A program made the translations under genes and the position numbers. Of a stretch of DNA of 32,000 nt, positions 26,954 to 32,000 are shown piece by piece; positions within the stretch are counted from its first letter, which is position 1; the number at the start of each line of letters is the position of its first letter. The stretch lies in assembly GCA_048938295.1 (NCBI GenBank), contig JBHLMI010000025.1, forward strand, positions 1 to 32,000, in the 5' to 3' direction. Source of the stretch: Promethearchaeota archaeon. Lineage in GTDB: Archaea; Asgardarchaeota; Hermodarchaeia; Hermodarchaeales; Hermodarchaeaceae. The notes below the pieces were generated by a model. It searched no databases, was not told where the DNA came from, and worked only from the letters and a program-made list of their open reading frames with translations.

Positions 26954-27463
26954 TTAGCAACAATACCTGAATTGCTGAGGAAAGTTGTCTCCAATCACCA
27001 GGAATTCTCCAGAGACTATAATATTGATGATTGTACGAGCCATAACAACAATTTCGCCTTCAATGTAGCTTATGGCATAGACGTTGCCGTATACCCATAG
27101 AGTTACATTACACGCACCCACTAGGTCAATCCACCCAGTGTCATACAGGCCAGGTTCAGAAAAGGGAAAAAACGCAATCTGCTGTTCCGAGGTTCCTATT
27201 TCAATTCCTGTTAATGCTGCGGGTACATCGAGGCAAACCAGATCTGAAATTTCAACAATCGCACGCATTTGTGAGTATGGCCAAGGAACATTCACCTCAT
27301 AGGTCCATTCAATACCTGGAAGGCCATAAAGTTCAAACTGAGTTGGAGTCAAGATTACAATGGGCATCGAATATATTATAGCCGTGAAGCCACCCACAAT
27401 CCCTATCGCTATTAGTAAGGTTATTCCTAGCTTGAAAGGTTTTCTCACCAAAAAGACCTCCAA
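26954..27463 (-). CDS. Membrane-anchored or secreted protein with beta-rich domain
   Basis: Basic N-terminus, one TM/signal segment, then a beta-strand-rich region; the true start may be the GTG after GGAGG. Confidence 0.7.
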   Translation of the reverse strand: MEVFLVRKPFKLGITLLIAIGIVGGFTAIIYSMPIVILTPTQFELYGLPGIEWTYEVNVPWPYSQMRAIVEISDLVCLDVPAALTGIEIGTSEQQIAFFPFSEPGLYDTGWIDLVGACNVTLWVYGNVYAISYIEGEIVVMARTIINIIVSGEFLVIGDNFPQQFRYCC

Positions 27464-27544
27464 GGATACTAAGAGAACTCTGCCTAAACCTTGTATTTAG
27501 GAATTTTCACTATATCGTCAATTATTCTTATTTAATGAATGTAG

Positions 27545-27590
27545 TCATATCAAGTGACCCCAAAATAGAGAATTACTCACATTATGAAAA
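27545..27590. promoter_or_regulatory. Operator-like array B
   Basis: 27554-27582 matches 26771-26799 at 26 of 29 nt (GTGAnnCCAAAATrGAGAATTACTCACAT). Confidence 0.55.
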
Positions 27591-27730
27591 AAGGGGGCGC
27601 TCTTCTTCTGTGAATGAACTGCCTAAAACCATCTTGCGTTGTAACGCCACTTAGGGTGTTTTTGGATGCCGTCTATCTACTTATCAGCTGAAAAATATTT
27701 ATTGGTTTTACATGTCGCTAGAGAGAAGGC

Positions 27731-27769
27731 AATAAAAAGAAGAAGGGGAGGAAGAGTAGACTCTTCCTC
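27731..27769 (-). terminator. Hairpin plus T-tract terminator of the regulator/bPH_2 operon
   Basis: Perfect GAGGAAGAG-N4-CTCTTCCTC (27748-27769), followed on the minus strand by a C/T-rich run. Confidence 0.7.
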
Positions 27770-27789
27770 ATGTTCAGGCTTAGCCACGT

Positions 27790-28527
27790 TTAGCTTTTTT
27801 CGAGTTTTCGGGCAATTTCCGAGAGGATCTCACGCATTTCCCGAAGGGTTAGAAGAATCTCATCATCCAACGTGTCGGGGAGTTTTGGTACTTGTTCCTC
27901 TCGGCGCCTTAGAACTTCAGTACCGATCGTATAGGGTGCTCGGAACTTCCGTAACTCTTGAAGAATGAAGTCACGTAATTCCTCAAAAAATTCAAAACCC
28001 TCTAATTTTTCTTCAGGACCTGATTTTTGCCCAGAATATCCGGCAGTTTCTATATTGATATTACCAATACCGAATAGCCTGTCGAAGGGTCCTGCAGTGG
28101 TGCTAATGTTAGTGATAGTTCGGAAAGGCACGTGCTTTCGTGTTATGCTAATAATCCCTTTCCGGACATACACCTCTGGCATAGTTTCACCTGACTCCGC
28201 AATCACCGAATATTCAATTCTTCCAACATAGATGGGCGTTAAAATCCAGGCTGGAATCAGCCAAATTAGGTTAAAGATCCACATTCCAATGTTCATCGGC
28301 ATCCACCAGGTTATAAGCCAAAGGAATGCACTTGGATCATCAAGACCAATAATTGTGCCAATCCCCCCGACAAAAATTAAGAACAGTACGTAGAAGAATA
28401 GAGCTAAAATAACCTGTTGAAGCCACATCTTATTCCGCAGAGCCTTTGATGGTTTAAACACCCGACCGCTGGTGATTTTTTCGCCTGGAGGCTTAATCAC
28501 CCGTGTCTCTTCATATTCCTTTCCCAA
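27790..28527 (-). CDS. Bacterial PH-domain (bPH_2, YdbS-like) membrane protein
   Basis: Two TM segments, then RKHVPFRTITNISTTAGPFDRLFGIGNINIETAG; the start directly abuts the upstream stop. Confidence 0.88.
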   Translation of the reverse strand: MGKEYEETRVIKPPGEKITSGRVFKPSKALRNKMWLQQVILALFFYVLFLIFVGGIGTIIGLDDPSAFLWLITWWMPMNIGMWIFNLIWLIPAWILTPIYVGRIEYSVIAESGETMPEVYVRKGIISITRKHVPFRTITNISTTAGPFDRLFGIGNINIETAGYSGQKSGPEEKLEGFEFFEELRDFILQELRKFRAPYTIGTEVLRRREEQVPKLPDTLDDEILLTLREMREILSEIARKLEKS

Positions 28528-29028
28528 TTAATCCACACTCCGTTGATACCGGGGTATCTCTTTTGCAGCAAGTTTATTGAAGAGTGCAATGGACTGCCTT
28601 GTCATAGGGAGCTCCTTCTCATCTGATCGCAATGTAATATTATATTCATCAATGATTGCATCAAGGGTTTGTCGACACTCTTGTTGTTTTGGACACTCTG
28701 GGCAAAGCTTACCCGCGTAAGATTCGTGTTTGTACCAAACGATAATGCCCATTTTGATTGTAAAAATGATGTATACTTGGGTATTGGCCTGATAGTCAAA
28801 ACCTATCAGAAGCCCCTTGTAATCTAACAAACTCTCAACATCCAAGCGATGACTTCGAGCATGCTCCTGCAGTACTTTTGCAATCTTTTTTCTTGCACGG
28901 TTTAACACACGGGATACATACGAAACAGACCAACTCTCCTTTTTGCTAGCACTTGCAATATCGCTAGTTGATTGTCCTTGCTGAAACTGCTGCCAAACTA
29001 GCTCTTCATCAGGAGAGAGAAGTCCCAT
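28528..29028 (-). CDS. HTH DNA-binding protein with C-terminal Cys cluster
   Basis: STSDIA...SYVSRVLNRARKKI (LuxR/sigma region 4-like HTH); H-x7-C-x2-C-x5-C. ATG 29028 has a GAGG SD (the ORF track starts at 29166). Confidence 0.75.
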   Translation of the reverse strand: MGLLSPDEELVWQQFQQGQSTSDIASASKKESWSVSYVSRVLNRARKKIAKVLQEHARSHRLDVESLLDYKGLLIGFDYQANTQVYIIFTIKMGIIVWYKHESYAGKLCPECPKQQECRQTLDAIIDEYNITLRSDEKELPMTRQSIALFNKLAAKEIPRYQRSVD

Positions 29029-29196
29029 TGTATATTCCTCGTTTTTCGTTTTTATGTAGCGAATTCCTGTTAATGCCTTCGTACAAGATTTTGCCACATG
29101 TTTACTAAATATTAGTAAACATTTATAAATTTTTGTTTTGCGGAACACGCCAACTAAACTATTCAAACGAATGAAGGGTAAACAAAGTTATCATCT

Positions 29197-29229
29197 TCAC
29201 AAGTTGTTATTTGAGTCACATTTTGTGAC
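29197..29229. promoter_or_regulatory. Operator-like array D between the divergent regulator and TrmO genes
   Basis: TCACA-AGT-TGTTA at 29197 and perfect GTCACA-TTT-TGTGAC at 29215-29229. Confidence 0.6.
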
Positions 29230-29275
29230 ACCTTAATGATAATCCTTAATTCACGCTATATAATATCTCATTGCC

Positions 29276-29749
29276 GTGATTCATTTGAGCTGGCTTAAAT
29301 CAATTCATCTCCAACCAATAGGATTCATAGAACGCCTCTCGTCAGATGAGAGAGATTTTAGTGCCATGTCTAAAGTTGTGCTAAAAAACTCTTTGACAGA
29401 CGCCCTATTAGGGATTGAGGAATTTTCACATATTTTCATAATCTTTTGGCTACACGAAATGAAAATCAGAGAAGATGTTTCCTGGATTCATCCGAGCTGC
29501 TCAGATAATCAACATTTAGTAGGCTTTTTAGCGACTAGAGCTCCCCTTCGTCCAAATCCCATAGGTCTGACTCTTGTTGAGCTTGTTAACCATGAAAACA
29601 ATGTTCTTTGGGTGAAAGGATTGGACGCAGTTGATGGAACTCCTGTTATTGATATTAAGCCATACCCTGATTGGCATACGGGAGAATGTCAGGTGATTGT
29701 TGATTACAAAATTCCTGATTGGTTGAAACAATTACTTGACTCAAGTTAG
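29276..29749 (+). CDS. trmO: tRNA m6t6A37 methyltransferase TrmO/TsaA-like protein
   Basis: PIGFI, GIEEFSHIFIIFWLH, ATRAPLRPNPIG, GLDAVDGTPVIDIKPY motifs. Confidence 0.9.
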   Translation: MIHLSWLKSIHLQPIGFIERLSSDERDFSAMSKVVLKNSLTDALLGIEEFSHIFIIFWLHEMKIREDVSWIHPSCSDNQHLVGFLATRAPLRPNPIGLTLVELVNHENNVLWVKGLDAVDGTPVIDIKPYPDWHTGECQVIVDYKIPDWLKQLLDSS

Positions 29750-29838
29750 GGAATAATCTAGTCAATAGTCTTCGATTTAATTGACGAGTGTATTGTCGTA
29801 AAAGCTGAAGGTTATCGTTCTATTCTATTTTCACTATT

Positions 29839-29883
29839 TTACAAAATGTGAGTAAAGTAACATTATGTGACCCCAAAATGTGA
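29839..29883. promoter_or_regulatory. Operator-like array C upstream of the beta-helix gene
   Basis: TTACA-AAA-TGTGA at 29839, TAACA-TTA-TGTGA at 29858, CCCCA-AAA-TGTGA at 29871; TATA-like TTTTAAA at about 29891. Confidence 0.6.
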
Positions 29884-29944
29884 GTCCGCCTTTTAAAGTA
29901 GGAATCCTTTGCTTCTATCAGCAGAATACTTGGAGGCATGCAAA

Positions 29945-31135
29945 ATGGATGAAAAACTCCGATTCAAAAACGAACACGACCTCAAATTAGGACACGTCAA
30001 AGGTGATCTAGAACTCAACAACTGCCGACATGTCCATCCTGAAAAGGGTGATATTATCGTCGTTGATGGTCGTGTCTCTGTGCGTGGCGACGTAATATTC
30101 GAGGGCTCCTTACAAGCCGAATATTTAGAAATTCACGGCGATAACAGCTCAGAAATTCATGGTGACCTCCTTGTAGCCCGGGCAGTGAATGTACGACGAG
30201 GCCAATTAGCAATTACAGGATCCACAACAGCAAATCGCTTCGAAATAAACGCCGCTTTAAGCGTCGGCAAAGACTTACAAGCCACCAAAGTTTCGATTGG
30301 CGGTGCCCTCAAAGTCGGAGGAAACGCCACCGTTGAAGAGATCAAAGTTGGAGGGGCAGTGAAAATTGAAGGGAAAATCGATTCGAAGTCGTTGGAAGTT
30401 GGTGGCGCAGCGAAATGTAACACTGGGATAATCGGCAAGGTTGATGTTGGTGGGTCATTCAAAGCCGATGGTGCTGTTGAAATTGGTTCGATTGATGTTG
30501 GAGGGGCTGTCGTCGTTGGACCTGGCTCTAAGGTAATTAGAATCGATGTTGGAGGCAGTTTCAAGAGTGATGGTGAAGTGACGTTTGAAGATCTGGATGT
30601 AGGTGGGGCTGCTAAATTTGGTGGGGATGCTATCGGTAAATCCATTGATGTTGGAGGCGCTGTCTCTGGCGAAGGCTCCATCACCCTAGCTGAAAAGCTG
30701 GATGTTGGGGGTTCGGTGGTCGTTACAAAGAACCTTATCGTTGCTAAAGAAATTGAGGTTGGTGGGTCTTTGAGGGCGGGCGACAAGATTGAATCTCCGC
30801 GAATCGATATCGGTGGTTTGATTCAGGGAACTCACATCATTGCTGAGCAGTTCCGAATTGGTCGACGGGGCGAAGTCTCTGGCTTTGTTGAAGCAACTGA
30901 TATCACAGTCGAAGAAAATGCTCGGGGCGCTTCCTTCTATGGTGATTCCATCCGTGTGGAAGAGCAGGCTCGAGTAAAGAACCTTTATGGACGTCAAATC
31001 TACATTGAACGTGATGTCAGGGTTGAAGGTGAAGTCCTGTATACCGAGGGATTAGAAACTGAACCTGGAGTCCACTTCAGCAAGGAACCGGAGCAAGTCA
31101 AGAAACTTCCTCGACCCGAAGACCTACTCAAATAG
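29945..31135 (+). CDS. Long bactofilin-like / polymer-forming-cytoskeletal-type beta-helix repeat protein
   Basis: About 12 repeats of 16-18 aa containing (I/L/V)xVGG. ATG 29945 follows GGAGG (the ORF track starts at 29909). Confidence 0.8.
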   Translation: MDEKLRFKNEHDLKLGHVKGDLELNNCRHVHPEKGDIIVVDGRVSVRGDVIFEGSLQAEYLEIHGDNSSEIHGDLLVARAVNVRRGQLAITGSTTANRFEINAALSVGKDLQATKVSIGGALKVGGNATVEEIKVGGAVKIEGKIDSKSLEVGGAAKCNTGIIGKVDVGGSFKADGAVEIGSIDVGGAVVVGPGSKVIRIDVGGSFKSDGEVTFEDLDVGGAAKFGGDAIGKSIDVGGAVSGEGSITLAEKLDVGGSVVVTKNLIVAKEIEVGGSLRAGDKIESPRIDIGGLIQGTHIIAEQFRIGRRGEVSGFVEATDITVEENARGASFYGDSIRVEEQARVKNLYGRQIYIERDVRVEGEVLYTEGLETEPGVHFSKEPEQVKKLPRPEDLLK

Positions 31136-31153
31136 CCTTAGCCTACAGCAGTC

Positions 31154-31200
31154 GGGTTCGGGAGCACGCTTGGCCTCTCGAACCCCCCTTTTTAGTTTTT
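31154..31200 (+). terminator. Hairpin plus T-tract terminator
   Basis: GGGTTCGGGAG...CTCTCGAACCC (11 bp with one G-U) followed by CCCTTTTTAGTTTTT. Confidence 0.7.
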
Positions 31201-31279
31201 CACTTTCAAGGAGCATATAAGCACAAGAAAGGGATAGTTTATACTTCAACCTACGACTTTTCTGTTGGTGCTCCGAAAC

Positions 31280-32000
31280 ATGGCTAATGGGAATCCATCA
31301 CCCAGTGGAGGAATTCAACTTAGTGGTGAATTCAAAATTTTGCCACTTGCAGCTGAAAGCCTTGGTGTCCGTAGCCTTGCCACGCAGGTGCAAACAGCAG
31401 ATGCATCCATTCTCATCGACCCCAATGTTGCCTTGGGTTTCCGAGATAATTTTCATCCACATCCCACCGAATACATCCTCCTCAAATCATTACGCACACA
31501 AATCCTTCAAGTTGCACAGTCTGTAGACCTGATTGTGGTATCCCACTTCCATCATGATCACTTCATGCCTTTCTTCCGGAATTATGCCTACTTCTGGTCA
31601 AACTCCGATGACGCCGAAACGTTGTATGGTCACAAGAAGGTCTGGTGTAAGGATATCCGGTCCCGGATTAACTACTCACAACAAGGACGCGGTTACAATT
31701 TCCTGCGGCGCGCTCGAAAAGTAGCTAAAGAGGTCGTATACGCCGATGGCAAGGCGATGAAACTTGGCAACACGCTCATTCGGTTCTCGCCTGCTGTTCC
31801 TCACGGTGAAACCGGAACACGACTTGGATGGGTAATCATGACATCCATTCGATGTGGCGGGTTTTCAATGGTGCATGCCTCTGATGTTCAGGGTCCAATG
31901 GTAAATGAGACGGCTGACTGGATTTTACATCAAAAACCCGATGTTGTGGTTCTGGGTGGACCACCCACCTATCTTGCTCCGGACCGAGTATCCCAAGATG
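31280..32000 (+). CDS. MBL-fold hydrolase of the archaeal UPF0282 family, truncated by the window edge (absent from the ORF track)
   Basis: Open frame from ATG 31280 to the window end: KILPLAAESLGVRS, ILIDP, SHFHHDH, VPHG...LGWV, HASDVQG, LGGPPTYL. Confidence 0.9.
   Translation, partial: MANGNPSPSGGIQLSGEFKILPLAAESLGVRSLATQVQTADASILIDPNVALGFRDNFHPHPTEYILLKSLRTQILQVAQSVDLIVVSHFHHDHFMPFFRNYAYFWSNSDDAETLYGHKKVWCKDIRSRINYSQQGRGYNFLRRARKVAKEVVYADGKAMKLGNTLIRFSPAVPHGETGTRLGWVIMTSIRCGGFSMVHASDVQGPMVNETADWILHQKPDVVVLGGPPTYLAPDRVSQD

Noticed and set aside
26954-26962. C-terminal Cys-Cys of the 169-aa protein as a Rab-type geranylgeranylation signal
   Set aside because: The protein already has an N-terminal TM/signal segment and is not a GTPase; there is no supporting evidence, so it is probably chance.
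26762-29883. CRISPR or MITE interpretation of the repeated motif
   Set aside because: The units are 13 nt, degenerate and dispersed over separate intergenic regions, with no unique spacers, cas genes, terminal inverted repeats or target-site duplications.

Overview
Gene-dense archaeal chromosomal window of about 40 CDSs, with GGTGA/GGAGG Shine-Dalgarno motifs, TATA-like boxes, a class I LysRS and archaeal-type HflX, MTAP/PRT, DUF92, DUF116 and UPF0282. The stand-alone LRR protein and the proline-rich coiled-coil protein suggest an Asgard-type archaeon (inference, moderate confidence; another TACK/Asgard-related lineage is possible). I found no rRNA, tRNA, CRISPR array, transposase or integrase. 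The most notable items are: (1) a protein at 11452-12108 with coiled coil, GPPxAPPx repeats and a C-terminal helix resembling WH2/Ena-VASP actin-binding helices, whose leader folds over its own SD; (2) an unexplained structured, possibly pseudoknotted RNA-like element of about 230 nt (7115-7345) directly upstream of a GNAT acetyltransferase-SSB-like OB-fold fusion; (3) four intergenic arrays of a TCACA-N3-TGTGA dyad with fixed 13/19-nt spacing (26.7-29.9 kb), around an HTH+Cys-cluster regulator, a bPH_2 membrane protein, TrmO and a long bactofilin-like beta-helix protein. All family assignments come from motif recognition by eye; no database searches or folding programs were run.
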